Source: Longimicrobiales bacterium (GTDB lineage: Bacteria; Gemmatimonadota; Gemmatimonadetes; Longimicrobiales; Gaopeijiaceae). From it: a stretch of DNA of 64,000 bases. The translations under genes and the position numbers were made by a program. The notes under the pieces were generated by a model. That model was not told the origin of the DNA and did no database searches. It was given only the letters and a program-made list of their open reading frames with translations. The stretch covers positions 1,120,001 through 1,184,000 of the forward strand of contig CAXXKM010000003.1 of assembly GCA_963664435.2 (NCBI GenBank), given 5' to 3'. Every line of letters starts with the position of its first letter. Position 1 is the first letter of the stretch. This document shows, piece by piece, positions 9,782 to 20,200 of this stretch.

Positions 9782-11347
9782 TCATGACAGGGGGACGGCC
9801 TGTCCCGCCTGCACGTAGGCGTGCTCGTAGGCGAGCAGTCCAAGGAGCCCGGCCACCAGCGCCGGCAGCCCGATCCAGGGTGCGGCGAGCCCGACCGCGC
9901 TCAGGAGGATGCCGACCCGGAACCACGCGGCGAAGCGTCCCCGGGTCAGCTCACGGACGGCCAGGTGCGCGTGCGCGGTGCCGTGCGTGATGGTGATCTC
10001 GCCCAGGACCAGCAGGAGGTGGGCGGCGGTGAGGGCCGCGAAGGCTCCCGCCAGCAACGGACGCTGCCCCGGCGCCGCCAGAGGATGGACGGCGGCCGCT
10101 CCCGCGAGCAGCGCCTGGACCAGGAAGTGGGGCGGAAGCAGGGGATTCTGCCACAGGTCGCGGGCTTTCGCCTGGGCGAACAGGTAGGCCGTATACACCG
10201 CCGTCATCGCGGCCAGCGGTCCTCCGGCCAGGGCCAGCACGCGGGCGATCCCGGGGGCTCCCGCCCAGGCCGCCCCCAGATGGGCCGCCAGCACGGCCCC
10301 GAAGCCCGTCAGCACCACGCCCCCGCGCACCAGCCAACTTCGCCACTGCGGCCGCAGGAGGATGTAGTGAAAGCGGCCGGGATGCTCCAGGTCCCAGATC
10401 AGAAGGCCCGTGGTCAGCACCAGGAACACCATCGCCAGCAGCGGGGCGCCGAAGAGCCAGAGCGGGTCCGTCCACGAGAGCGCCCCGAAGAGGATCAGCA
10501 GCAGGGGCGCCAGATAGGCTCCGGCGGCGATCGACTTCGTCCAGGTGTAGAGGCTGACGCGCGCGTCCCAGGGAGCGCTGTGGGGCACGTCGTAGCTCAG
10601 GATCGCGCCCGCGGAGGAGTTGCTCCGGCCCGGGTGGCCCGATGTCACCTGGTCGGCCCCGCTTCCCTGCTCGCTCCACATGAAGAGCCCCCCCTCGGGC
10701 CGTGCCGCCGCCAGCGGGTCCAGAGTCACCTGGCGCGCGTCCTTGTAGAAGAGCTTCGGGCGGGTCTCCTTCTCGGGGCGCCGGACCGTGAGCGCGTCCT
10801 CGTGCACCATCCGGGTCACCTTGGCAAGCGGATCGCCCAGGTCCCCGACCAGAATCGCTTCCGTGGGACACACCACGACGCAAGCCGGCTCGAGCCCCAT
10901 GTCCAGCCGGTGCGCGCAGAAGTTGCACTTCTCCGCGGAATGGTCTTCGGGGTTGATGAAGATGGCGTCGTAGGGGCAGGCGGCGATGCAGGCCTTGCAG
11001 CCGATGCACGCCTCCTTGTCGAAGTCCACGATCCCGTCGGACCGGCGGTACATGGCCGAGGTGGGACAGGCCGTCACGCACGGCGCGTCCTCGCACTGGT
11101 TGCACCGGGTTACCTGGAAGGCCCGGCGGGTCCGCGGGAACTCGCCGGCATCGACGTACTTGACGTAGGTGCGGGTAACGCCCAGCGGGACTTCGTTTTC
11201 GGACTTGCAGGCGGTGGTGCAGGCATGACAGCCGATGCACCGGGAATGGTCGATGACCTTGGCCCAGCGGGTGACCCCGCTCGCCGGCGGCTCGTTGGCG
11301 CGCGAATCGCCCGCGGACTCGACCGGCGAGGGGGCGGAGGGATTCAC
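9782..11347 (-). CDS. 4Fe-4S dicluster (NrfC/PsrB) domain fused to an NrfD/PsrC membrane anchor
   Basis: Four CxxCxxC-type clusters followed by a hydrophobic NrfD domain (DLEHPGRF...SWLVRG). Confidence 0.88.
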   Translation of the reverse strand: MNPSAPSPVESAGDSRANEPPASGVTRWAKVIDHSRCIGCHACTTACKSENEVPLGVTRTYVKYVDAGEFPRTRRAFQVTRCNQCEDAPCVTACPTSAMYRRSDGIVDFDKEACIGCKACIAACPYDAIFINPEDHSAEKCNFCAHRLDMGLEPACVVVCPTEAILVGDLGDPLAKVTRMVHEDALTVRRPEKETRPKLFYKDARQVTLDPLAAARPEGGLFMWSEQGSGADQVTSGHPGRSNSSAGAILSYDVPHSAPWDARVSLYTWTKSIAAGAYLAPLLLILFGALSWTDPLWLFGAPLLAMVFLVLTTGLLIWDLEHPGRFHYILLRPQWRSWLVRGGVVLTGFGAVLAAHLGAAWAGAPGIARVLALAGGPLAAMTAVYTAYLFAQAKARDLWQNPLLPPHFLVQALLAGAAAVHPLAAPGQRPLLAGAFAALTAAHLLLVLGEITITHGTAHAHLAVRELTRGRFAAWFRVGILLSAVGLAAPWIGLPALVAGLLGLLAYEHAYVQAGQAVPLS

Positions 11348-11523
11348 GTTTCGGTCGACCAGGGTCCTGAGCGTTGAGGAGTGGGAGTGAGCATCCGGCG
11401 CGCCGGCGGGTTATGGATCAGGCCACCTGGGCACGGGTCGGCCGGAATCGCGGGCCCCGCGGCCCGGCCACGCCCGGGCGCGCCGGAATGCTCTCCGTAC
11501 TGCGTACAGCTGCGTTCGAGGAT

Positions 11524-11820
11524 CTATCCCCCTGCGATGCGGTCCCGCAACGGCTTTCCGGGCTTGAAGTACGCGTACTTCTTCGCCGCGATGGTGATCT
11601 TTTCGCCGGTCGCCGGGTTGGTCCCGATACGCGCCGCACGCGACTTGACGCCGAAGCTGCCGAAGCCGGGGACCGTCACCTTGCCCCCCGCGTCGAGTTC
11701 GCCGGCGATAATGCCCGATCCGGCACTTGTGTCGAAGATGCAGTTGAGGACATCGGCTGCCTTCGCCTGGGAGAGGTTGGCCTGCTGCGCGAGAGCGGCC
11801 GCCATTTCCTTCTTGTTCAT
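11524..11820 (-). CDS. hup: HU family DNA-binding protein
   Basis: MNKKEM...GFGSFGVKSRAARIGTNPATGEKITIAAK...FKPGKPLRD. Confidence 0.95.
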   Translation of the reverse strand: MNKKEMAAALAQQANLSQAKAADVLNCIFDTSAGSGIIAGELDAGGKVTVPGFGSFGVKSRAARIGTNPATGEKITIAAKKYAYFKPGKPLRDRIAGG

Positions 11821-11933
11821 TACATCTCCTGCGTTGTGGGTGCACGAGACTCCACCGGACTGCCCCATCCGACGGAACGACAAGACAGGATACACGGAAT
11901 GGAGCGATTGCGGAACCTCGTGCCCCCCCGGCC

Positions 11934-11976
11934 ATGGGCGCTGACGGATTCGAACCGCCGACCTCCTGCTTGTAAG
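11934..11976 (-). repeat. Displaced 3' half of tRNA-Val(TAC), the att site bounding element A
   Basis: Matches the 3' half of the tRNA at 32266-32340 from the anticodon loop CTTACAA onward, except for 4 T-stem substitutions that preserve pairing. Confidence 0.92.
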
Positions 11977-12552
11977 AGGAACTCTGGGGCCGGGTGATTC
12001 GCGGCAATAAATCGTCTAAGTTCAATCAGGACTGCACGATCTGCGCTTCTTGCCGAGACACCACATCTGCTTCCAGCGTACCGAAAAAGCCGGAAAATGG
12101 CAAACAAATGGCGAGCATCCGAACGGCGGCTACTTCGATTCTTGACCACCGGGTGTCGCGTCCCGGAACGCCGGTGCCGAAACGCGCATACGCTGTCGAC
12201 CTTTCTGGGCCGCAGGCGGAGGTCCGACGGGCCTAGGGTTAACGCAGGGATGAGGCGACGCGCTCGCCCGGCGTTCGCCACAAGAGAGCGGTCAAGGGTC
12301 CCGAATTCAGACCCCTGGCGTACAGCGCGGTCACCAGGCCGGAGTGGAAGGCCCTCGCCCGGCTCATCCTCGAGCCCGCGGATGAGAGCACCCCACTCGC
12401 CGGGGTGGCGTGATCCTTGCGCGCAGCATCCGTCCCAGTCGCGTTTGACGCTGGTGCGGTTCTTGCTCTTGGTGGCGGTAGCACCAGAAGGACTCTCTGA
12501 GGCCCTCCACTTTGGAGGCGAAGAGATCTCGGCAGACCGACGGGGAGGAAGC

Positions 12553-12765
12553 GTGAACACAAAGACCAGGGGAGCGCGCTACATGTTCATTGCGAAGGTG
12601 CTGGACCGAACCGGCTACCACGGTCTCCGCAAGAAAGAGAAGTCGAAGATCAAGGCACTGCTCCAACGGGGCACCGGGTTCTCCCGCGCCCAACTTACGC
12701 GGTTGATCGCACAGCATCGCACGACCGGGAGGATCGTAGACCGGCGACGGTGGTGGGAGGTCTAG
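12553..12765 (+). pseudogene. N-terminal fragment of a DDE integrase/transposase-like gene
   Basis: FIAKVLDRTGYHGLRKKEKSKIKALLQRGTGFSRAQLTRLIAQHRTTGRI resembles the HTH N-terminus of IS transposases; truncated. Confidence 0.55.
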
Positions 12766-12987
12766 GATGCGGCGCGCCCATGGCGTCCCCGACCGATTCC
12801 CAGGGACGGTGATCACACATGGAAGGCAATCAGCGCCATGGCGGCGGAACGGATCATCCGGGTGAGCATCGAATCGAGGCGCGAGCGCCTTGGGTTGACC
12901 CGCCTGGATGCCATGGTTTCCCTTGACGGACGGGGACCGTGTAGGGGCGGTCAATGCGCATGCGGGACGAAAGGAGCGAGATAAACA

Positions 12988-13335
12988 ATGAAGGACAGTT
13001 TCGCGATTCAGGAGCTGGGTGTCGCGCTGGTCAAGCTTGAGCGTCGCGTCGTCACCGGGTTCGATCAACTGAACGGACGGATCTCCGCATTGGAATCGAA
13101 GCTCGGCTCGCGGATCGACGACGTGGAGGCGCACGCGCACAAAGGGAACGTCGAGCTCGGGAGCAGGATTGAAATGGTGTCAGCCAAGTTCAAGCAGATT
13201 CGATACTCGCTCGACGGGCTGGAGGACCGCCTCGGCAAGAGGGTCGACGGATTGGACACCGAGGTCCACAAACAGCTCGGCGCTCTACAAGCCGCGGTCG
13301 ACGCGATCGGCGCGCACTTCGTCAGTTCGCAGTAG
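12988..13335 (+). CDS. Coiled-coil hypothetical protein
   Basis: AAGGAG RBS and heptad-like LESKLGSRIDDVE repeats. Confidence 0.7.
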   Translation: MKDSFAIQELGVALVKLERRVVTGFDQLNGRISALESKLGSRIDDVEAHAHKGNVELGSRIEMVSAKFKQIRYSLDGLEDRLGKRVDGLDTEVHKQLGALQAAVDAIGAHFVSSQ

Positions 13336-14669
13336 TCGAGGTTCTCCTATCCTGATGATCGACCATTTGGCCAGGATGCGCGATCGGGACGAATGACGAG
13401 TTCCGCGACGTGAGCTATTGCCAGGTCCAGGCCGAGGCCGTGCAGTGCGCCGACTGCGGAGGTCCAACCACGGAGGTCTTCGGCAATTCCGGACGCCGGC
13501 GGCGCTGAGCGCGCTGTGTGCCCGCGTTGCCGCGAGGATGTGCCGCGCAAGAGATGGCAGCGGGACGCGCTTCTGCCGGAATGACGCGACGGGCCGCTGC
13601 CGCGAGTGCGGGGCGATCACTTGCACCCTTCATCGGCGCGGATGCGAGTTCGAGCACCATCGAGCGCGGGCGCGCGCCGAGCCCTCGAGTTGACAGGGGA
13701 AGAGGGGAGACTCGGCGTAGCTCTGGAAGGCGGCTCGATTGACCGCGTCGACACAATCGCATCCCTACTTCGTCCGTTCCGAATTGCGCACCATGTCTTT
13801 GGCAGCCCTCACGCGGGGTTCATATTGCGGCGCGATGCTGCGGGTCCACCGAAGAAGAAGTCGCAGCCGCGCGTGAGCGAACCCGCCAACGAGCGGTCGT
13901 CACCGCTCACGGTCGCGATGCCCGACGCGCACTGAATGAACCGCACGCGGATTCGAGTGACCCGCGAGCCCCGGAACGTCCTTGAAGGCATCCCGCACGG
14001 CACTACAGTAGTCCTCCAGAGCGTCGGGGACGGGGACGGGTTCCTCCCCTCCTGGAGGGGCCGGAGGCGGATCCGGCCAGCGAGGACGATGCAACCGTGC
14101 TGGCGGGATATCCGGTCTTTCGCATGGCGACTTGGAAGGTCGGCACCGATCCCCTATGGGCTTGGCGCGCCAATGTTTCCTCGGTCCTCGCCGTGCGCTG
14201 GTGACGTCACGAGCGGGATCTCCGCCTGACCTCCGCGAGGCGAACGACGAATCACGGATCGTTTTTCAACAACGCAGCGGAGGTTTCCCACGCCGTTGAC
14301 CCCATTTTTCCACGAATCGCCTTCGTGCCGGTCGCTTGACTCCCGCACTGTCGGCCATCAGGCGGGAACGCTTCGTGACTTGTCTCGCGGAGCAAACGTC
14401 TGGCGCTGGGAGAGACCAGGAAGTGGGCAGCCTTCGCGTGGGCACATACTTGAGCGGCACCCTCTCATCTGCCCCATCCCGTTCACATACTTGCTGAGCC
14501 GCTGCCCCCGCCGAGCACTGCTCGCGCATCGTCCACCCCCCGGGCCGTGCCTCCTCCCCGCCCTCTCCGCAGCCCGCCGGTCGGCCCCCGCGCCGCTTGC
14601 GCGACGGCATCGCGTCCCGGAGGTTGGACGGACGTGGCGCCTCCTCGGCCACGATAAGGAGGGCCGTTC

Positions 14670-14885
14670 ATGGCGAAACAGGCGATCGAAATCGAAGGGG
14701 CGGTCATCGAAGTCCTGCCCAACGCCACCTTTCGGGTCCGGCTGGAGAACGGCCACGAGATCCACACATATCTCTCCGGCAAGATGCGCCAGCACTACAT
14801 CCGGGTGTTGGAGGGCGACCGGGTGAGATGCGAGATGTCCCCCTACGATCTGTCGAAGGGCCGCATCACGTATCGGTACAAGTAA
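14670..14885 (+). CDS. infA: Translation initiation factor IF-1 (stand-alone copy)
   Basis: [29 protein letters not shown]...[17 protein letters not shown]...[15 protein letters not shown], with AAGGAGG RBS. Confidence 0.97.
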   Translation: MAKQAIEIEGAVIEVLPNATFRVRLENGHEIHTYLSGKMRQHYIRVLEGDRVRCEMSPYDLSKGRITYRYK

Positions 14886-14919
14886 TTCGCTGTACACGCT
14901 CGCCCTGCGGTCGATGCCG

Positions 14920-15165
14920 ACATCACAGAACCGGGCATGCTCACCGGCCGCGTGCCGCCAGCCTCGCCGGACTCGCCCCGGTCAGCCCGGGAGTCCGGAA
15001 ACTGAAGGGGACGGAGCTTCATCCAGGGCGGCAGGCATCGGGTGCGCCGGCTGCTTTGCATTGCGCGCGATGGCCTTGGTTCGGCACAATCCCGTCCTGA
15101 AGCACGAGTACGAGGCGTTCGTGGCCCGCGGGAAGCCGCCGAAGTTGACAACCCCAACGGCCCCG
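14920..15165 (+). pseudogene. IS110-family transposase C-terminal remnant
   Basis: Frameshifted AASLAGLAPV..ESG..GRSFIQGGRHRVRR..HNPVLKHEYEAFVARGKPPKL. Confidence 0.8.
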
Positions 15166-15213
15166 GTGCATTGTGGCCGCGCTGCACGACCCAGGGGACG
15201 GGGAGACGGCAAT

Positions 15214-15570
15214 CATGAGCAGATCGAATTCGTGGATGGCCGGGACGGCGTTGGGTCTTGCCATTGTAGCGGGACCAACGGTGGCGGCAGGCGAGGAACT
15301 CCCCCCCGACATCCGAAACGACCGCAACGTCGTGCGTGCCGATCGGCTGGTCCAAAACCAGGACCACGGTGCCGCGCTGGAATCCCTGGACGTGGTCTTG
15401 GCGCGGCAGCGCGGCAGGCCAGGAGCGGCATGAAGACCCCGGCAGAACTCTGGTTCAGGCACGCACGGACAGCTCCGGACGCCGGGTACGCCGAGACCGT
15501 GGCCACGTCGGTCGTCCGCTGCTTGGAGAAGGCGGGTCGGCGCGGAGCCTCCGCCGGGAAGACGGCGTGA
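15214..15570 (+). pseudogene. Degraded secreted TPR-like N-terminal module
   Basis: Signal peptide, then LPPDIRNDRNVVRADR..AALESLDVVL, a frameshift, then PAELWFRHAR..AGYAETV..VRCLEKAGR. Confidence 0.55.
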
Positions 15571-16053
15571 AGAAGTGGCGCCCACCCAAGGGACGGAAGC
15601 CGCCGAAGCGGAGGGTGGGGCAACGTCCGTCGCGCAAGCCACGGAAACAACGGCGGCGCCGCCGGGACAAGGGCCGGTGGGAGAAGGAAACAGACGACCG
15701 GATCGAGTGATCAGGTTCGGCACGTCGTCGGAACCACGCGTAGCGCGCCCAAACCTCTCTGCCGTATCGATCCGCCGGGGCCAACCGGAGCCGGTCGTAT
15801 GCTCCTGCCCGCGTCCAGCGACGTTGCCACTCCGGGGCGCGTGCGAGATGGGACCGTCGGAGGGCGGCGGGTCGATCACCCTGCGGGTCGCTGACTGCGT
15901 GGCTGACGGGCGCCGCACTTTGGTGTCCACGGTGGATCCGTGAACGTTCGGTAACCGCGCCACCCGGCCGGCGGGAAACTTCGAGAGCCGCGCCGCGCAG
16001 GTTGCGTGAGCCGGGGCTGGTGGGTGCCTCCTCGTCGTGGTGGTGGTCGCGCG

Positions 16054-16076
16054 GGACGGGCCGGTTGGGCCCGTCC
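16054..16076 (-). terminator. GC-rich hairpin downstream of the dead tnpB and its putative guide
   Basis: 9-bp stem GGACGGGCC/GGCCCGTCC; no U-tract. Confidence 0.5.
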
Positions 16077-16229
16077 GGCGGGTATTGAGTCGGTTCCGGC
16101 CTTCGGCGAACTCAAACTCTCCGGCCTTCGTTCGACGATTCGCGCTTCACGGACCGGACCGGAGTTACCGGTCTCCGCGCGCGTTCGGGGCGCTTGCGCG
16201 CCTCCGGTTCCGGCGGGCCTCGCCGTACC
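16077..16229 (-). ncRNA. Putative omegaRNA (scaffold plus 16-nt guide) overlapping the tnpB 3' end
   Basis: Shares GGTACGGCGAGGC-CGCCGGAACCGG...CCGAACGC-CGCGGAGACCGG...TGAA-CG-GAATCG with the two copies at 26550-26952. This is the usual position of TnpB omegaRNAs. Confidence 0.7.
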
Positions 16230-17194
16230 TGCAGTTGGCGCCCGTGCCAACGGGCCTTGTACTCGAGCTGGCGCAGCATCTCGCTGCTGACGCCCTCGAC
16301 GATGATCGTGCCGGCGGCGAGGACGACGATGGTGGTGAGCTTGTGGTGGCGGTCGCGCTCGCGGTTCCTGATGTTCCTGGCGACATTGCGGAACCGTTCG
16401 AGAACGCGGGCCCGCCGCTTCGAGTCTTCGGTGCAGCGGCTCAAGCGGCGCTGGAGCCGCCTCATCCGCTGCCTGTCGGCGTCGGAGCGCTCGTCCGGTC
16501 CCGGGACTTCGATGGGCCTGCCGTCGAGTTCGACGGCGATGCCCGGGCCGTCCTGGCGCACCACGGCGACCTCCGCCGTGGGCGCGGCGGCATCGACCGG
16601 GCCGCACTCGAACACGCACGAGAACATCCAGCGCTCGCCGGCGTCGCGCCAGACCCGGCCGTACACCATGCCGAGCGTCGTGCGGCTCTTCGGGCCCTCG
16701 AGCCGGCCAGCGGGCAGGCTCCCGCCCAGCCAGCGCATCCAGCCGAACTTCGGCAAGCGGACGCGGTTGCCGTCGAAGCGGGTGCCGTGGCTGGCCACGT
16801 AGATCCCGGGGGCGCGTCCCTCGGGCTTGAACCTCGGCAGCCCCTGGCGCGCGCGTGGCTTGGTGTGCCAGTTGCGGAACGCTCCGTGCATGTCGGTCGC
16901 GATCTGGTAGATGGCGGTGGACGGGAACGGGTCGCGGTTCGGCCTGCGGCGCCACCAGTCCTGGGCGGCCGCGCGGAACTCCTTGCCGGTCATGTGCCGG
17001 CCCGTCTGGGAATACTGCAGGTTCGAGGCGCCGAGCAGGGCGTTCGACAGCTCGCGGAGCCCCTCCCGGCACAGGGCGAGCAGGCGCGCCTGCGGCCGGT
17101 TCGGGTACAGGCGGCACTGCCAGCCGACGTAGCGCGCTTCCCCGTTCGGCCGGGCCGCGCGCGCGCCGGGCGCGGTCGGCCGCTTGGTCGCCAT
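16112..17194 (-). CDS. Nuclease-dead TnpB derivative (TldR-like RNA-guided DNA-binding protein)
   Basis: TnpB hallmarks RLYPNRPQ, GLPRFK, VRLPKFGWMR, RRLQRRLSR, HHKLTT and RQLEYKA are present. RuvC-I GxDxG is replaced by VVRQDG, and the Zn finger and RuvC-III are absent. Confidence 0.85.
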   Translation of the reverse strand: MATKRPTAPGARAARPNGEARYVGWQCRLYPNRPQARLLALCREGLRELSNALLGASNLQYSQTGRHMTGKEFRAAAQDWWRRRPNRDPFPSTAIYQIATDMHGAFRNWHTKPRARQGLPRFKPEGRAPGIYVASHGTRFDGNRVRLPKFGWMRWLGGSLPAGRLEGPKSRTTLGMVYGRVWRDAGERWMFSCVFECGPVDAAAPTAEVAVVRQDGPGIAVELDGRPIEVPGPDERSDADRQRMRRLQRRLSRCTEDSKRRARVLERFRNVARNIRNRERDRHHKLTTIVVLAAGTIIVEGVSSEMLRQLEYKARWHGRQLQVRRGPPEPEARKRPERARRPVTPVRSVKRESSNEGRRV

Positions 17195-17210
17195 GACGCT
17201 CCTCCCTCCC

Positions 17211-20200
17211 CTACCGGAGCTTGATCCGTCCGCGGACGCCCACCGAGTGCTGGGCCGCACCCAGCGCGCTCTCGCGCCGCGTGCCTTCCAGCCGCAGCCC
17301 GACCCCCGCGCCCAGATCGTAGCGCACGCCGCTCGAGAAGGCGCGCGTCCCGCTCTTGCCGAGGTAGAAGCCGCTGTAGGGCGTCCCCTGGAAGCCGGCG
17401 ATGCCGTAGGCCACTTCGCCGTCCACGTTGGGGCCCATGCCCAGGTCCTGGCCGCCCACCGCGTCGGACACCCCGCGCTCCCAGAGCTGGTTGACCCCGC
17501 TCCTGTGGTCGCCGTACGCGGGCGCCACCCGGACCTGCAGCCCCTGGCCCGGGGCCGCCGGGTCGAACATGAGCATGCCGCCGAGGCCCCATTCCTCGTA
17601 GCCTTGGCGCGCCGAGATGACGAACCGGCCGCGGCCCTCCGCGGTCAATCCCAGCCCGGAGTTCGTGTAGCGGAGCCCGCCGCCGACCTCCGCGCTGGTG
17701 CCGTTGATGCCGTCGCCGTTGTCGTAGCGCATCCCGCCCTCGAGCACGAACGCCATCTCCTGCCCCGTGTCGGTGCGGAAGCCTTGCGTCAACTCAAGGG
17801 CAAGCTTGGCGCGCTGCATGTCGAGCGTCACCGTGCCGATCTGCTCGGTGCCCTCGACCTCGAACCGGCCGCTCCAGCCCTCGGCCTTGAGGCTCACGCC
17901 ACCGATGCCGCTCGTGAACAGCTGGTAGCTCGCGCCTCCCGCCCCCGTCATCATGCTGGCGGGGCTGGTGCGGAGCCCTTCCCGCTCGTCGTCGACCTCG
18001 ATGTCGCCCCGGCCGATCCCGGCCGAACCCCACACCGAGGCGCCGCGCGCGCCGGGGAACCAGGCCACGTAAGGATGCGCGCTGGTCATGGTGGTGCCGT
18101 AGGTGCCGGCCACCGGTCGGGCGCCGGTCTTGTCGGTGAAGTCGAAGGAGCCCGAGTTGTACGAGCCCGCGACACCCGCCAGGATGTCCGGCCCCACGCG
18201 CATGTCCACGCCGACGTGGGCGCTCACCATGTTGCCCTTCCAGTCGAGCTCGCTCGCGCCGGGTTCGCCCATGTAGTGGTACTCGCCCGCACCCCAGCTC
18301 GCCATCTGCATGCCGGTCGCGGACTGCTGCGGCGCGTCCGGGGTGCCGAACGGCATCAGGAATGAGGTGCCGCCGAATAGGGCGGCCAAGCCGGCGCCGT
18401 CATTCTGGCCGAGGCCGAGGCCGCCCGGACCCGGCGCGGACAGGCTCGCGGCCATCGACGACAGTCCGTTCGTCTCCACGCTCTGCTCCATGCCCATCCC
18501 GTTGGCCACCGCGTTGACGCGGTTTGCGATCGCCGAGACGGTGCTCGAGGTCATCGCCGCGGCCACCTGCGGCAGGACGCGGGTGTTGAGCCGGCCCGCC
18601 CGCTGCACGGGGTCGTCGGTCGCCGCCGTTGCGCTCGCAGACGCCGCGCCGGTGCCCGCCCGGTTGATCGCCGACACCCGGTAGTGGCGCACGCTGCCCG
18701 GCTGCAGGGCGGTATGCGAAAAGGTGGCAACCGTGGACTCGGTGTTGGTGACCAGGTCCGCCCAGGCGGCGCCCGTCTCCGACACCTCGATGCGGTACCC
18801 GGTGATGGGCGCACCGCCATTGTAGTCGGGCGCGAGCCAGAACAGGTCGATCTGGGTGGGCGAGACATCGGTGGCGACCAGCCCGGTGGGCGCGTCGGGC
18901 ACCGTCGCGTCCGTGGTGGAGCCCGCGACCCGCGACGCGTTGCCCACGCCGATCCGGTTGATCGCCGAGACGCGGTAATGGCGCGTCGAGGCCGGCGCCA
19001 GCCCGCTGTGCGTGTAGACGGTGGCCGTGCTGCGCGTGGCGGCCACCAAGTCCTCCCAGCTCCCGCCCCCGTCGGCCGTGACCTCGATGCGGTAGCCGGT
19101 GATGCGGGCGCCCCCGTCGTCCGCGGGTGCCTGCCAGGAGAGGACGATCTGCGAGGTGCCGGCCGCATCGGCGTTGAGACGTCGCGGCACGCTCGGAACA
19201 GTCGCCTCGGTGGTCGCCCGCGCCACGTTCGAGAACGGCCCCACCCCCGCGAGGTTGATGGCGGCGACCCGGTAGTGGCGGGTGGTTGCGGGCCTCAGGT
19301 TCACGTCCGAGAACGCCGTCGTCGCCGAGTTCGTGTTGCGGCGGATGATGTTCCAGGTCGCGCCCTCGTCGTCGGAGGCCTCGACGCGGTAGCCGAAGAT
19401 CGAGACGCCGCCGGTGTAGCGCGGCGCGTTCCACGACAGGTCGATGCGCGAGGTGCCGACTGCCCGGGCCGTCAGCCCAGTCGGGGCCGCGGCGAAGTCC
19501 GCGTGCGTGAGGGCCGCCCCCGTGAGCGACCACTGCCCGGCGCCCACGCGGTTGATGGCCGCGACCTGGTACTGGTACCGGGTCACTGGGTCAAGCCCGG
19601 TGTGCGTAAAGGTCGTTGTCGTCTCCTCCGTGTTGGGACGGATGATGATCCAGGAGCGATCGTTGGGCCCGAGCATCCGGATGCTGTAGCCGGTGATGCG
19701 CGCCCCTCCGTCGCTCTCCGGCCGGTCCCAGACGAGGAGGACGCTGTTCGGTCCCGTTCCGCGGGCGCGTACGTTCTGCGGCTGCCCGGGAGGCGCCGCA
19801 TCGGTGGTGCCTTGGGCCACGTTGGAGGCGCGTCCCGTACCCACGCCGTTGATCGCGGACACGCGATAGAACCAGGTGGCGGCGGGGCCGAGATTGCTGT
19901 CGGTGTAGATGGTGGCCGTGCTGCCCGTGCCGGGCACATGGATGATCCAGCCGCCGCCGCCGGTGGCGGACCTCTCGATGCGGTAGCCGGTGATCGGGCT
20001 GCCGCCGTCGTCGGGCGGGGCGGACCAGGTGAGGAGGAGTTCGTCGGTTCTCCTCGCGCCCGGAACCACGCTCAGTGCTATGGGCGGGCTCGGAGGGGTG
20101 GCGTCGGTGGTCGCCTGGGCGGTGTTGGACCACGGGCCCAGACCCGCCCGGTTGATCGCTGCTACGCGGTAGTGGCGCGTGGTGGCGGGGCTGAGCTCGT

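Noticed and set aside
5849..9787. Long plus-strand ORF (1312 aa), and similar ones such as 23439-26645, 45389-47995 and 18684-20897
   Set aside because: Antisense shadows of well-supported minus-strand genes in high-GC DNA.
13370..13693. Cys-rich zinc-finger-like peptides (CADCGG; CRECGAITCTLH)
   Set aside because: Split across frames, with no clear start or RBS and no family I can name. Possibly a decayed gene.
16860..16869. 10-nt match of putative guide 2 (TTGGTGTGCC) inside the dead tnpB, suggesting autoregulation
   Set aside because: A match this short can occur by chance in 64 kb, it does not extend further, and there is no TAM evidence.
16112..17194. Active IS200/IS605 or IS607 transposon
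   Set aside because: No tnpA (Y1 or serine), no recognisable left end, and the gene is operonic with the autotransporter and catalytically dead.
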